In this document: positions 1 through 10,308 of the stretch, piece after piece
Position numbering within the stretch: position 1 is the first letter of the stretch
Layout: the number at the start of each line of letters is the position of its first letter
Source: Bacteroidia bacterium
GTDB lineage: Bacteria > Bacteroidota > Bacteroidia > UKL13-3
Reading direction: 5' to 3'
DNA: 64,000 nt
NCBI GenBank assembly: GCA_044353855.1
Contig: JBILBF010000001.1
Span: 422,071 to 486,070, forward strand
Notes under the pieces: generated by a model
Database searches by the model: none
What the model was told of the DNA's origin: nothing
The model's input: the letters and a program-made list of their open reading frames with translations, nothing else
Position numbers and translations under genes: made by a program

Positions 1-787
1 AGAAACCAAAGCAATTGAGTGTGTAAACGAAGCAGATATAATTTTTTGTTTGGACTTTAATGCTTTAAAACGCATTCATAAACTAGGCGAATATGTAGCG
101 GCATCAAAGGCAAAAAAAGTGATGATAGACCATCACCTAGAGCCAGAAAACTTTGCTGATTATAGTTTATGGACAACAAAAGCGAGTTCTACATGTGAGT
201 TAATTTTTCAGCTTATTGAATTACTTGGAGAAACAGATAAAATAACAAGTGATATTGCCTCGTGTTTGTATGCAGGTATTTATACTGATACAGGAGGATT
301 TAGGCATAGTACAACTTTTCCGAGCACCCATACAGCCGTTGCTGTTTTGTTGGGCAAAGGCGCAGAACCAAATAAAATTGTTGAAGCGATTCACGATAAT
401 TATTCAGAAAGCAGAATGCGCTTTATTGGATATTGCTTGGATGAAAAAATGCAAATTTTAAGAGAATATAATACAGCACTTATATGCGTTACTGCCGAAG
501 AGTTGAAACGATTTAATGTAATTACGGGGGATTCGGAAGGTCTTGTAAACTATGGGCTTTCTATAAAAGGGATTAAGTTTTCGGTTATTATCATTGACCG
601 AACGGTTGCAAGAAAAATGTCGTTTAGGGCAAAAGGAATTTTTCCTGCAAACGAGTTTGCTAGAAAATACTTCAATGGAGGAGGCCATTTTAGTGCTGCA
701 GGAGGCGAAAGCCAAGAAACACTTGTAGCTACAGAGCAAAAGTTTAAAGAAGCGCTTAAAGAATATAAAAGCATTTTATCAAAATAG
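1..787 (+). CDS. nrnA: DHH/DHHA1 family phosphoesterase (NrnA-like oligoribonuclease/pAp phosphatase), 5'-truncated by the window
   Basis: Frame open from base 2 (ETKAIECVNEADIIFCLDFN...); motifs IDHH, GIYTDTGGF, GGGHFSAAGG. Confidence 0.9.
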   Translation, partial: ETKAIECVNEADIIFCLDFNALKRIHKLGEYVAASKAKKVMIDHHLEPENFADYSLWTTKASSTCELIFQLIELLGETDKITSDIASCLYAGIYTDTGGFRHSTTFPSTHTAVAVLLGKGAEPNKIVEAIHDNYSESRMRFIGYCLDEKMQILREYNTALICVTAEELKRFNVITGDSEGLVNYGLSIKGIKFSVIIIDRTVARKMSFRAKGIFPANEFARKYFNGGGHFSAAGGESQETLVATEQKFKEALKEYKSILSK

Positions 788-810
788 ATCATAACAACAA
801 AACACAATAG

Positions 811-1656
811 ATGAAAAACAGAATCGCATTAGCACTAGTGGCAGGAGTTGCCCTTTTAGCATCATGTAACAAATTAGAAAAAACAGAAAATGGCGTTGAG
901 TATAAAATTATAACTCACGAAGACGGCACTCGGATGGTTGCAGCAGGAGATATTTTATTGTTAAAATTGCTAATCGTAACCGAAAAAAAAGATTCCGTTA
1001 TTATGGAAACATATAGCGACTCATCTTCTGGGCCTCGTTATATTCCTGCAGATGAACCGGTATTGAAAGAGGTTTTTGCATTATTATCAAAAGGAGATAG
1101 TGCTGAAATTTGGGTGAATGCAGATACCCTTTTTCAAAAAAGCTTTGGCACGGAAAAGCCAAAAAACATGGTTGATGGTGAAAAAATAAAATTTGTAATA
1201 ACGCTTGTTGATATTTTTAACCAACAAGAAATGCAACAAAAACAGATGCAACAAATGAGCGAATTTGTTATGAAAGACTCTATAGCTTCACAAGCGTTTT
1301 TAGCAAGCCAACAAAATGTACAAACTACAGCAAGCGGATTAAAATATATTGTGGTATCAAAAACTACGGGCAAGCAAGTAACCAAAGGAGCCAAGGTAAG
1401 CATGCTGTATCGTGGCACCTTATTAAACGGGCAAGAGTTTGATGGAAACATGGATGGTTCAAATCCGCCATTCGAATTTACAGTAGGTTTGGGTCAGGTT
1501 ATTCCAGGATGGGATGAAGGGGTATCCATGATGAAAGAAGGAGAAGAGTATAAATTTATTATTCCATATAAATTAGCTTATGGCGAAAGAGGTGCAGGTC
1601 CAATTCCTCCATTTAGCACTTTGGTGTTTGATGTAAAACTGGTTAAAATAAATTAA
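811..1656 (+). CDS. FKBP-type peptidyl-prolyl isomerase, lipoprotein
   Basis: Lipobox LLASC; C-terminal FKBP domain (YRGTLLNGQEFD, GQVIPGWDEG, IPYKLAYG, IPPFSTLVFDV). Confidence 0.9.
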   Translation: MKNRIALALVAGVALLASCNKLEKTENGVEYKIITHEDGTRMVAAGDILLLKLLIVTEKKDSVIMETYSDSSSGPRYIPADEPVLKEVFALLSKGDSAEIWVNADTLFQKSFGTEKPKNMVDGEKIKFVITLVDIFNQQEMQQKQMQQMSEFVMKDSIASQAFLASQQNVQTTASGLKYIVVSKTTGKQVTKGAKVSMLYRGTLLNGQEFDGNMDGSNPPFEFTVGLGQVIPGWDEGVSMMKEGEEYKFIIPYKLAYGERGAGPIPPFSTLVFDVKLVKIN

Positions 1657-1658
1657 AC

Positions 1659-2486
1659 ATGATCAAAAAAACAGCAACGATTTTAATCGCATTAGCAGCT
1701 ACAGTTGCAGTAAGCGCTCAAAAACCCAATACAAAACCAACCCCTAAATTAAAATTAAACGTGGAACAAACTACAGCCAGTGGGCTTAAAATCAAATTGC
1801 TTCAACAAGGAAACGGAGCTCAAGCAACAGCAGGAACCACTGTGTCGGTTCATTATACAGGTACGTTAATGGATGGCAAAAAGTTTGATAGCTCTCGCGA
1901 TAGAGGTCAGCCAATTTCGTTTAAGCTGGGTGAGGGCAGAGTGATAAAAGGATGGGACGAAGGTATTGCCCTTTTAAGAGTAGGAGACAAAGCATTATTT
2001 ACCATTCCTCCAAGTATTGCATATGGCGATAAAGAAGTTGGAGGAGGATTGATACCGGCAAACTCAACGCTACAATTTGAAGTGGAATTAATGAGTGTAG
2101 CAGAAGCGCCCAAGCCTTTTGATGTCAAAGGAAAAGACACCTTAACTACAGCAAGCGGATTAAAATATATTGTAGTTGAAAAAACCAAAGAGGCAATGGC
2201 AGCGAAAGCAGAATCGGGCAAAACCGTAAATGTACATTACACAGGGATGTTATTAGATGGAAAAGTATTTGATTCATCAAGAGAAAGAGGAACACCATTC
2301 CAGTTTGGGCTAGGACAAGGACAAGTAATAAAAGGGTGGGACGAAGGTATTGCCTTGATGCAGGTTGGAGACAAACTTCGATTAATTATTCCTGCAGAGT
2401 TAGGCTATGGACCAAATGGCGCAGGAGGGGTTATTCCTCCTAATGCTACTTTATTGTTTGACGTAGAGTTGATGGGTATTCAATAA
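1659..2486 (+). CDS. FKBP-type peptidyl-prolyl isomerase with two tandem FKBP domains and a signal peptide
   Basis: Two copies of VHYTG.L.DGK.FDSS...VIKGWDEG...IP.N.TL.F.VEL. Confidence 0.93.
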   Translation: MIKKTATILIALAATVAVSAQKPNTKPTPKLKLNVEQTTASGLKIKLLQQGNGAQATAGTTVSVHYTGTLMDGKKFDSSRDRGQPISFKLGEGRVIKGWDEGIALLRVGDKALFTIPPSIAYGDKEVGGGLIPANSTLQFEVELMSVAEAPKPFDVKGKDTLTTASGLKYIVVEKTKEAMAAKAESGKTVNVHYTGMLLDGKVFDSSRERGTPFQFGLGQGQVIKGWDEGIALMQVGDKLRLIIPAELGYGPNGAGGVIPPNATLLFDVELMGIQ

Positions 2487-2507
2487 CAAAGAACAATCAA
2501 ATTAATT

Positions 2508-2538
2508 AAAGCCGCTCCTTTTCGGGGGCGGCTTTTTT
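2508..2538 (+). terminator. Intrinsic terminator after the FKBP genes
   Basis: GC-rich stem gccgctcc/ggggcggc followed by T6. Confidence 0.85.
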
Positions 2539-2565
2539 GTTCTAAATGGTTTTGTATATTCGCAG

Positions 2566-2662
2566 CGTCTTTAGGGGTGGCAAGTGTTATATTTTTGTAA
2601 CATAAGTCTGAGATTAAACCCTTGGAACCTGATCGAGGTAATGCTCGCGAAGGGATGAGACG
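2566..2662 (+). ncRNA. TPP (thiamine pyrophosphate) riboswitch
   Basis: Consensus elements GGGGTG...CTGAGA..AACCC..GAACCTGATC..GGTAATGC..GCGAAGGGA; P1 cgtctt(2566)/gagacg(2657); -7-like TATATTCG at 2555. Confidence 0.93.
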
Positions 2663-2807
2663 AAAAGCTGTTTTGCTTTTTGTGTTGTACATTATTTGTA
2701 CAATTCATTTTTTTCCAAGTAGGTAAATAATTGATGGCAGCAACCAACCCTGGTTGCTGTATTTATTTACACGCAATGCTAAACAGGCATTGCACATTTT
2801 TTAAATT

Positions 2808-4979
2808 ATGCGGATAATTTACGTAACAACAATTGCATTGGCGTGTATCATGGAGGCTAATGCGCAAACTAATGACACGTTGCAACACAAAAAAGAGTTG
2901 CAAGAAGTAGTTATTAATGGTATTAAAGCCTCAACCAACAATCCGGTAACCTTTACCAATGTATCCAAGCAGGAAATTAATAAGCAAAACTTCGGTCAAG
3001 ATGTACCTTTTTTGCTTAACCTCTTACCGTCAACAGTGGTTAGCTCTGATGCAGGAACGGGTATTGGATATACCGGTATTCGTATTCGAGGAACCGACCC
3101 AACACGAACCAATGTAACGGTTAATGGGGTTCCTGTAAATGATGCAGAATCTCATGGCGCTTTTTGGGTAAACATGCCCGATTTTGCCTCATCAACACAA
3201 AACATACAAGTGCAACGCGGTGTAGGAACATCTAGTAATGGCGCAGCGGCTTTTGGCGCAAGTGTTAATATCGAAACGGAGGGATTAAACCCCAACGCCT
3301 ATGGAGAAATTGCCAATTCATTCGGATCGTTTAACACTTGGAAACACACCGTTAAAGCAGGAACAGGTTTATTAGACAATAAATGGACTTTTGATGCACG
3401 CTTATCTAACATTACCAGTGACGGATTTATCGACAGGGCGTCATCTGATTTGAAATCGTTTTTTGTTTCTGGTGCTCGTTATGGCGAAAAAAGCTTGTTT
3501 AAAGTGAATGTGTTTTCAGGCAAAGAAAAAACATATCAAGCCTGGAATGGTATTGACGAGGCTACTTTAAAATCAGGCAATCGTACACATAATGATTATA
3601 CGTACTTCAACCAAACAGATAACTACCAACAAGATTATTATCAAGCGTTTTATACCTATGTTTTTAACAAAAACTGGAAAGCAAGTATAGGAGGGCATTA
3701 TACTTATGGACGTGGTTATTACGAAGAGTTTAGAGAAGACGAATTGTTTTCGACCTATAAATTACCCGATACTCTTTTTGCGCAAAACGATACAATCACA
3801 AACGGAAATTTTGTAAGAAGACGCTGGTTGGACAATGACTTTTACGGAACTATTTATTCAGCAACATACACTTCTAATAAATGGAATATCACATTAGGGG
3901 GTGCAGCCAATAAATATGACGGACGTCATAGAGGAGAATTAATATGGGCTCAATACACTCAAGGAAGTAATATTAACGACACCTTTTATTTAGGAACGTC
4001 AACCAAAACTGAAGCTAGTGTTTATATAAAAACCACGTATTCTTTCTCTAAAAAACTTGAAATGTATGTTGATTTACAAGGACGTTCTATCAACTATAGA
4101 GGCAATGGTGATGACTTAAATGGAGGGAAGTATATACCGTATGATTTTAATGTACCATATAAATTTTTCAATCCTAAGGCGGGTTTAACGTATCAATTAC
4201 CCAACACGAGCAATGTGTATGCATATGTTGGTATAGCTCACCGCGAACCCGTTCGCAATGATATCATACAAGCCAGTGCATCCAGTATTCCTAAACCTGA
4301 GCAATTAATTAATTATGAATTGGGCTATCGCAAACATTGGGAGAAATCAGCCTTTACCATTAATGGATATTTTATGAACTACAAAAACCAGTTGGTAACA
4401 ACGGGCCAATTAAACGATGTAGGAGCTGCAAACCGAGTGAATGTGGCAAAGAGTTACCGAGCAGGAATTGAGCTAACAGCAGGCCTTCAAATGACCCCCT
4501 TATTGCATTGGCAAGCTACGGCAACCTACAGCCAAAACCGTATAGCCAACTATTCTGAATATTTAGATGATTGGGATAATGGAACTCAATTAAAAATAGA
4601 GTATAAAAACAAGGCTATTGGGTATTCTCCAGAATGGATTGGTTCTTCAATGATTAGCTATGCCGCATTTAAAGGGTTTGAAATAGCGCTTATTTCGAAA
4701 TATGTTGGACAACAATATTTAGACAATACCGAGAGCAATGATCGTATGTTGGATGCTTTTTTTGTAAATGACTTGAGAATAAACTATGATTTTATGGTGA
4801 GGAATTTTTTTAAATCAGTAAGGGTTGGCTTATTGGTAAATAATATTTTAAATGAAGAATACGAATCAAACGGGGCAACTTATCCAGGAGGAATAACAGG
4901 TGGTGTGCGCATCGACTATAATTATTATTTTCCACAAGCAGGAACGAATTTTTTAGGAAGTTTGACGCTGTTATTTTAA
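2808..4979 (+). CDS. TonB-dependent receptor, probably for thiamine or a precursor
   Basis: Signal peptide, plug motifs (IRIRG, NGVPVND, IQVQRG), C-terminal beta strand ending in F; lies under the TPP riboswitch. Confidence 0.88.
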   Translation: MRIIYVTTIALACIMEANAQTNDTLQHKKELQEVVINGIKASTNNPVTFTNVSKQEINKQNFGQDVPFLLNLLPSTVVSSDAGTGIGYTGIRIRGTDPTRTNVTVNGVPVNDAESHGAFWVNMPDFASSTQNIQVQRGVGTSSNGAAAFGASVNIETEGLNPNAYGEIANSFGSFNTWKHTVKAGTGLLDNKWTFDARLSNITSDGFIDRASSDLKSFFVSGARYGEKSLFKVNVFSGKEKTYQAWNGIDEATLKSGNRTHNDYTYFNQTDNYQQDYYQAFYTYVFNKNWKASIGGHYTYGRGYYEEFREDELFSTYKLPDTLFAQNDTITNGNFVRRRWLDNDFYGTIYSATYTSNKWNITLGGAANKYDGRHRGELIWAQYTQGSNINDTFYLGTSTKTEASVYIKTTYSFSKKLEMYVDLQGRSINYRGNGDDLNGGKYIPYDFNVPYKFFNPKAGLTYQLPNTSNVYAYVGIAHREPVRNDIIQASASSIPKPEQLINYELGYRKHWEKSAFTINGYFMNYKNQLVTTGQLNDVGAANRVNVAKSYRAGIELTAGLQMTPLLHWQATATYSQNRIANYSEYLDDWDNGTQLKIEYKNKAIGYSPEWIGSSMISYAAFKGFEIALISKYVGQQYLDNTESNDRMLDAFFVNDLRINYDFMVRNFFKSVRVGLLVNNILNEEYESNGATYPGGITGGVRIDYNYYFPQAGTNFLGSLTLLF

Positions 4980-4983
4980 GACT

Positions 4984-5019
4984 AAAAACAAGAGAGGTGT
5001 TTAACCGCTCTTGTTTTTT
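4984..5019. terminator. Bidirectional intrinsic terminator
   Basis: aaaaacaagag...ctcttgtttttt between convergent genes. Confidence 0.75.
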
Positions 5020-5030
5020 GAGCCGTTATT

Positions 5031-5839
5031 TTACCATAACGAAGCCAGCGCTTTTTTAGTTTCTTCGGTTGTAAGTTCATGTTTTTTAGGGATCACAAAC
5101 ACCTGATGATGTTTCAATTTTTGTATATACCGAACTATTTTTTTAGGGGGTGTTATATGGTCTTTTTCACCTACGATGAGAACCGTTTTAATTTGATGCT
5201 TATCAAGCAATGCTGCAAACGAATTAAAGTTTGTTTTCAGTTTTCGTTGTGCATACCAAGTATTAAACACTTTTTCGAGGCGCTCCTTTTTACCGATAAA
5301 TTTTGAGGAAAACAAATAGACAGAACGGTTTAATATGTTAAACTGATGAAGCCTATTTACCCAACTAAGTAATGCGTGATTGTTTTTCACAAAATAACGA
5401 AAGGTCCATAAACCCAAAGGGTTGTTAGTAGTAAAATTTAAGAACCGATTGAAGGTAAATGTAGGAGGAGACAACAAAATAAAATAATGAATACGATGCG
5501 GAAAACTCCGAACAAGAGCCCTTGCCATTCGAGCTCCCATGCTGAAAGAGCAAACAGAAAATCGAGCAGCTTCTATTTGCTCTTGACGTTGAATTCCCAC
5601 CACTATCATTTTCATGTCGTATTCAGTAAAGGCATCTTTTTCATTCCAAATCGATTGTCCATGATAAAAAAAATCAATAGCAATAACGGTGAATTGAGCA
5701 GCAAATATGTCTTCAAAAAAAGGAAGTCGGCTGAGGTTTGATTATAGCCATGAAACGCCACAAGAATTTCTTTGCCTACGCCAAAACGATGGTAGGAAAC
5801 AGGTGAGCTTTTGTATACATAAACTCTTGGGGCTAGCAT
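5031..5839 (-). pseudogene. Alpha/beta hydrolase split by a 1-nt frameshift (or a homopolymer sequencing error)
   Basis: Adding one T to the T7 run (A7 at 5715-5721 on +) fuses the two ORFs: FHGYNQTSADFLFFEDIFAAQFTVIAIDFFYHGQS...SFSMGA...GEKDHI...KHE. Confidence 0.85.
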
Positions 5840-5896
5840 GGTATAAAGGTGTTTTAAAAAGCAAGCAATCTACAGATAAAAACGAGGCTTAATAAA

Positions 5897-6634
5897 CTAT
5901 AAAGTGAGATGTAGTTTTTCGCAAGCTTTTTCTGAAGCGAGTTGTTCCGCTTTTTTCTTAGATAAGTGTTCAGCACCACCAAATTCTTCGCCATCAATCT
6001 TTACGCGCACTTTAAATATTTTTTGTTTGCGTGTAATTTCTTCATCACTCTCAAAATCAATGGTCTTGTTGTTTTTTTGAACCCACTCAATTAATTTTCC
6101 TTTAAAATTCTTTTCTGTAAACTCAAGTTTATCTACATCAATATGAGTAAGCAATTTTTCTTTCACAAAACGTGCGGCACCATAAAAACCAGTATCTAAA
6201 AAGATAGCACCAATAAAGGCTTCAAGCGCATTTCCAAAAATACTTCCTTTTATGTTTTGACCCACAGCGCGCCTATCAAAATGCACAATTTCGTTTAGGC
6301 CAAGTTTCTGGGCTAAATCATTCAGGCTTTCTCGACTCACAATTTTAGAGCGCATTTCGGTTAAAAAGCCTTCATCTTTGAAAGGGAATCGTGCAAAAAG
6401 CATTTCGGCAACAATGGTATTGAGCACAGAATCGCCAAGATATTCTAGCCTTTCGTTGCTATCCCGCATACCGCTTTGATGGATAGGGGTACTCATTGAG
6501 TGGTGTCTCAAAGCCTGTAAGAAACAGCTGAATTTTACAGGATAAAAACCGGCAATCTTTACCACCTTTCGGTAAGTCTTTTTTTGTTCAGAAAAGGTAG
6601 AGTAATAAAAACCTGAAAGGAGCGTCCTTATCAA
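5897..6634 (-). CDS. rnc: Ribonuclease III
   Basis: NERLEYLGDSVL signature, NALEAFIGAIFLD, C-terminal dsRBD; start placed at TTG 6634 just after the fabF stop (track start 6712 overlaps fabF). Confidence 0.93.
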   Translation of the reverse strand: MIRTLLSGFYYSTFSEQKKTYRKVVKIAGFYPVKFSCFLQALRHHSMSTPIHQSGMRDSNERLEYLGDSVLNTIVAEMLFARFPFKDEGFLTEMRSKIVSRESLNDLAQKLGLNEIVHFDRRAVGQNIKGSIFGNALEAFIGAIFLDTGFYGAARFVKEKLLTHIDVDKLEFTEKNFKGKLIEWVQKNNKTIDFESDEEITRKQKIFKVRVKIDGEEFGGAEHLSKKKAEQLASEKACEKLHLTL

Positions 6635-6644
6635 AACAAATGGC

Positions 6645-7892
6645 TTAAAGTTTTCGGAAAATAACAGAAGCGTTGTGTCCACCAAAACCAAACGTATTGC
6701 TAATAGCGGCATTAATAGTGCGCTTTTCTGCTGAGTTAAATGTTAGGTTTAAGCGAGGATCTATGTTCTCGTCATCGGTAAAATGATTGATAGTGGGAGG
6801 AACAGTATTGTGTTGCATTGCCAAAATGCTTGCAATAGCTTCTATGGCACCAGCACCACCCAATAAATGTCCCGTCATTGATTTGGTAGAACTAATATTA
6901 AGCGTGTATGCATGTTCGCCAAACACTTTGGCAATAGCTTTAAGTTCGGCAACATCGCCCAATGGAGTAGATGTACCATGAACATTAATATAATCAATAT
7001 CTTCGGGTTTCATGCCCGCATCTTCCAATGCCCAATTTAGTACATTAATTACACCCAATCCTTCAGGATGAGGCGCGGTCATATGATAGGCATCGGCACT
7101 CATGCCAGCACCAACTAACTCACAGTATATTTTTGCACCACGAGCTTTTGCGTGTTCGTATTCTTCTAAAATAATAGCACCACTACCTTCGCCAAGCACA
7201 AAACCATCACGGTCTTTATCAAATGGGCGAGATGCTGAAGCAGGATTATCATTGCGCTCCGAAAGCGCTTTCATATTGCTGAAACCGCCCATAGCAGGCT
7301 CATTTACGCAAGCTTCTGAACCACCTGTAACGATGATATCAGACTTGTTTAAACGAATGTAGTTGAATGCATCAATCATGGCATTATTGGATGATGCACA
7401 AGCAGAAACGGTAGTGTAATTTGGACCACCAAAACCATATTTAATGCTGATAAGGCCAGAAGCAATATCTGCGATCATTTTGGTTATAAAAAAAGGTGAA
7501 AAACGAGGCGTTCCATCGCCTCTAGCAAATTCAACAGACTCGGCAAAAAAGCTTGTAAGGCCACCAATACCAGAGCCCCAAATAACACCAACGCGTGTTT
7601 TATTAATCGAATCTAAATCAATATTAGAATCTTTAAGAGCCTCTTCAACAGTAACCATAGCAAACTGGGTAAACCTATCCATTTTGCGGGCCTCTTTGCG
7701 CTCAATAAAATTCTCTACTTGGAAGTTTTTTACTTCACAAGCAAATTTTGTTTTGAATTTGGATGTATCAAATTGGGTGATGGGAGCAGCCCCACTCACC
7801 CCATTTGATAAAGCAGTCCAATACTCCTGAACATTGTTACCAATGGGCGTAAGCGCACCAAGCCCTGTAACAACTACTCTTCGAGATGTCAT
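6645..7892 (-). CDS. fabF: Beta-ketoacyl-ACP synthase II
   Basis: RRVVVTGLG, SACAS, VHGTST, GHLLG, NTFGFGGHN. Confidence 0.97.
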   Translation of the reverse strand: MTSRRVVVTGLGALTPIGNNVQEYWTALSNGVSGAAPITQFDTSKFKTKFACEVKNFQVENFIERKEARKMDRFTQFAMVTVEEALKDSNIDLDSINKTRVGVIWGSGIGGLTSFFAESVEFARGDGTPRFSPFFITKMIADIASGLISIKYGFGGPNYTTVSACASSNNAMIDAFNYIRLNKSDIIVTGGSEACVNEPAMGGFSNMKALSERNDNPASASRPFDKDRDGFVLGEGSGAIILEEYEHAKARGAKIYCELVGAGMSADAYHMTAPHPEGLGVINVLNWALEDAGMKPEDIDYINVHGTSTPLGDVAELKAIAKVFGEHAYTLNISSTKSMTGHLLGGAGAIEAIASILAMQHNTVPPTINHFTDDENIDPRLNLTFNSAEKRTINAAISNTFGFGGHNASVIFRKL

Positions 7893-7918
7893 GCAATTTT
7901 TTTTGTTTAGTGCTTTAA

Positions 7919-8158
7919 TTAGCCTTTTACGTTTTGCTCAATATAAGCAACGGCTTGGCCTACAGTACCAATTTTTTCAGCTTGGTCATCCGGAATAGCT
8001 ATGTTAAATTCTTTTTCGAATTCCATAATTAACTCAACGGTATCCAATGAATCGGCACCTAAATCATTTGTGAAATTAGCTTCGATAGTGATTTCACTTT
8101 CTTCAACACCAAGTTTATCCATGATGATCGCTTTTACTCTTGTTGCTACGTCAGACAT
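7919..8158 (-). CDS. acpP: Acyl carrier protein
   Basis: [12 protein letters not shown] phosphopantetheine site. Confidence 0.98.
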   Translation of the reverse strand: MSDVATRVKAIIMDKLGVEESEITIEANFTNDLGADSLDTVELIMEFEKEFNIAIPDDQAEKIGTVGQAVAYIEQNVKG

Positions 8159-8334
8159 TGTTATATTTAATTTAGTTTTGTACCTGCAAATAAAAGATTT
8201 TTTTAATCAAAACAGCAAATTTTAAATTTTACATATAATTATGTTTAATTACACACTAATGTGCAACTTTGCAAACTGTTATTTAGGGGCATTCAACTTT
8301 AAGGATGAACAAGGTAAAATAGGAGTATTAAACT

Positions 8335-8772
8335 ATGCCAGCCGAGCAACCGCGGATTAGAAAAGTTACTTTAGATATAGGTTTCGACTATGATTTTATA
8401 TTGTTGGGTGTCGTTTCTCTTGAAAAATTTCATAGATTGGTTTGGCAAATTAATCAACACTCAGGATATAACTTTTATCATGCCGGTGAGCTAGATCTTT
8501 ATGAGCAAGAAAAAAGAATAGGATCATTTACAAAATATGTATTTAATGATGAAATGAACCACCTTGAAATTTTATTATTAGAAAACAAAGACGAATCAAC
8601 ATACCTCATTCCCGAAATGAGAACCGTAGATTATTTTATGTTAATTAAGGGCGCGCTTGATAATGTTGACGTAAAAGCATTCATACAAAATTTAAAACCG
8701 GTTGATAACATTCAACTTATAACAGAAATTGACACTCAAAAACTCAAATCGAGACAAAATTTAATATTTTAG
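8335..8772 (+). CDS. IPExxxVDY family protein (Bacteroidota-specific)
   Basis: Motif IPEMRTVDY; immediately upstream of pyk. Confidence 0.85.
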   Translation: MPAEQPRIRKVTLDIGFDYDFILLGVVSLEKFHRLVWQINQHSGYNFYHAGELDLYEQEKRIGSFTKYVFNDEMNHLEILLLENKDESTYLIPEMRTVDYFMLIKGALDNVDVKAFIQNLKPVDNIQLITEIDTQKLKSRQNLIF

Positions 8773-8813
8773 CGCACGCTTAGTGTATAAAATACAACAA
8801 GTCAACATACAAC

Positions 8814-10247
8814 ATGAAATCAAATCCGTTTAACCGAACTAAAATTGTTGCCACCATTGGTCCTGCAACTGGAAGCTACGAAATGCTAAAAGCCATAATA
8901 GAGGAAGGAGTTGATGTTTGCCGACTTAATTTTTCACATGGGAGCTATGAGGATCACCGTAAAGTTGTAGAAAATATTCGCAAAGTAAACGAAGACACAC
9001 AATCATTTACCTCTATTTTGTTAGACCTACAAGGACCAAAGTTACGTGTTGGTGAAATGGAAAACGGGAAAATAGAATTGATAACAGGAAGCACTATTGT
9101 AGTTACAACAACGGAAATGTTGAGCACTGCTCAAAAAGTATATGTTAAGTTTCCAAGTCTAGCAAAAGATGTTTTACCTGGTGAACGTATTTTATTAGAT
9201 GATGGAAAATTAGAACTTGAGGTTATCAAATCAAATGGACTAGATGAAATAAACTGTTTTGTAAAATTTGGTGGTATATTAAGCTCTCGCAAGGGATTTA
9301 ATCTACCTGACACCAATCTTTCAATTCCTGCAATGACGGAAAAAGATAAAGCGGATTTGACTTTTGGATTGGAAATGAAAGTAGATTGGATTGGGTTATC
9401 ATTTGTTCGAAAAGCAGAAGATATTATTGACCTTAAACTTTCGATTGACTCGAACGAGTGGAAGCCTCGCGTAGTTGCAAAAATTGAAAAACCCGAAGCA
9501 ATGGACAACATTGATGAGATTATTGCTGCTGCTGATGCTATAATGGTTGCTCGTGGCGATTTAGGCGTGGAAATGCCAATGGCTCAAGTTCCTGTTATTC
9601 AAAAAAGAATTGTAAAAAAATGTATTGCAGCCGGCAAGCCAGTAATCATTGCTACTCAAATGATGGAAAGTATGATTACAAGCCCTTCACCAACCCGAGC
9701 AGAGGTAAATGATATAGCCAATGCAGTAATGGACGGAGCTGATGCAGTAATGTTAAGTGCCGAAACTTCTGTAGGAGCATATCCAATATTGGCGGTGCGC
9801 AATATGCAACAAACAATAGCTGAAGCAGAAAAAACGAATGCGCCATATTTTAAAGGATCACGCCCAACTGCAGAGTCTACAACATTTTTAAGTGATGAAA
9901 TCTGTTTTACGGCTGTTCGTATCTCGGATCACTTAAAAGCCGAAGCTATCGTCAGTATGACCTTTTCGGGTTATACTGCCTACAAAATCTCCTCTTTTAG
10001 ACCAAAGTCTCTTATTTATATTTTTACAAGCAATTTAAGACTCATAAATACATTAAGCCTTGTTTGGGGAGTACGTTCATTTTACTATAAAGGATTTGAC
10101 AGTACAGATCAAAGTTTACAACAAGTAAATGATATTTTAAAAGAAAAAGGATTGGTTAAAACTGGCGACATAGTCATTAACACAGCTAGTATGCCCATAA
10201 AAGAACGCTCTCGAACAAATGCCATTAAAATTACTGAAATTGAATAA
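8814..10247 (+). CDS. pyk: Pyruvate kinase
   Basis: RTKIVATIGP, RLNFSHG, DLQGPK, AKIEK, MVARGDLG, ATQMMESM, DAVMLS. Confidence 0.97.
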   Translation: MKSNPFNRTKIVATIGPATGSYEMLKAIIEEGVDVCRLNFSHGSYEDHRKVVENIRKVNEDTQSFTSILLDLQGPKLRVGEMENGKIELITGSTIVVTTTEMLSTAQKVYVKFPSLAKDVLPGERILLDDGKLELEVIKSNGLDEINCFVKFGGILSSRKGFNLPDTNLSIPAMTEKDKADLTFGLEMKVDWIGLSFVRKAEDIIDLKLSIDSNEWKPRVVAKIEKPEAMDNIDEIIAAADAIMVARGDLGVEMPMAQVPVIQKRIVKKCIAAGKPVIIATQMMESMITSPSPTRAEVNDIANAVMDGADAVMLSAETSVGAYPILAVRNMQQTIAEAEKTNAPYFKGSRPTAESTTFLSDEICFTAVRISDHLKAEAIVSMTFSGYTAYKISSFRPKSLIYIFTSNLRLINTLSLVWGVRSFYYKGFDSTDQSLQQVNDILKEKGLVKTGDIVINTASMPIKERSRTNAIKITEIE

Positions 10248-10248
10248 T

Positions 10249-10290
10249 AAGTAAAAAGCTTCCAACATAATTATTGGAAGCTTTTTACTT
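10249..10290. terminator. Bidirectional terminator between pyk and rpiB
   Basis: Perfect 17-bp arms aagtaaaaagcttccaa/ttggaagctttttactt. Confidence 0.85.
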
Positions 10291-10308
10291 TAACTAAACA
10301 CAGAAAAA

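Noticed and set aside
6635-6712. N-terminal extension of RNase III overlapping fabF
   Set aside because: Artifact of longest-ORF calling; a TTG at 6634 gives a normal-length protein.
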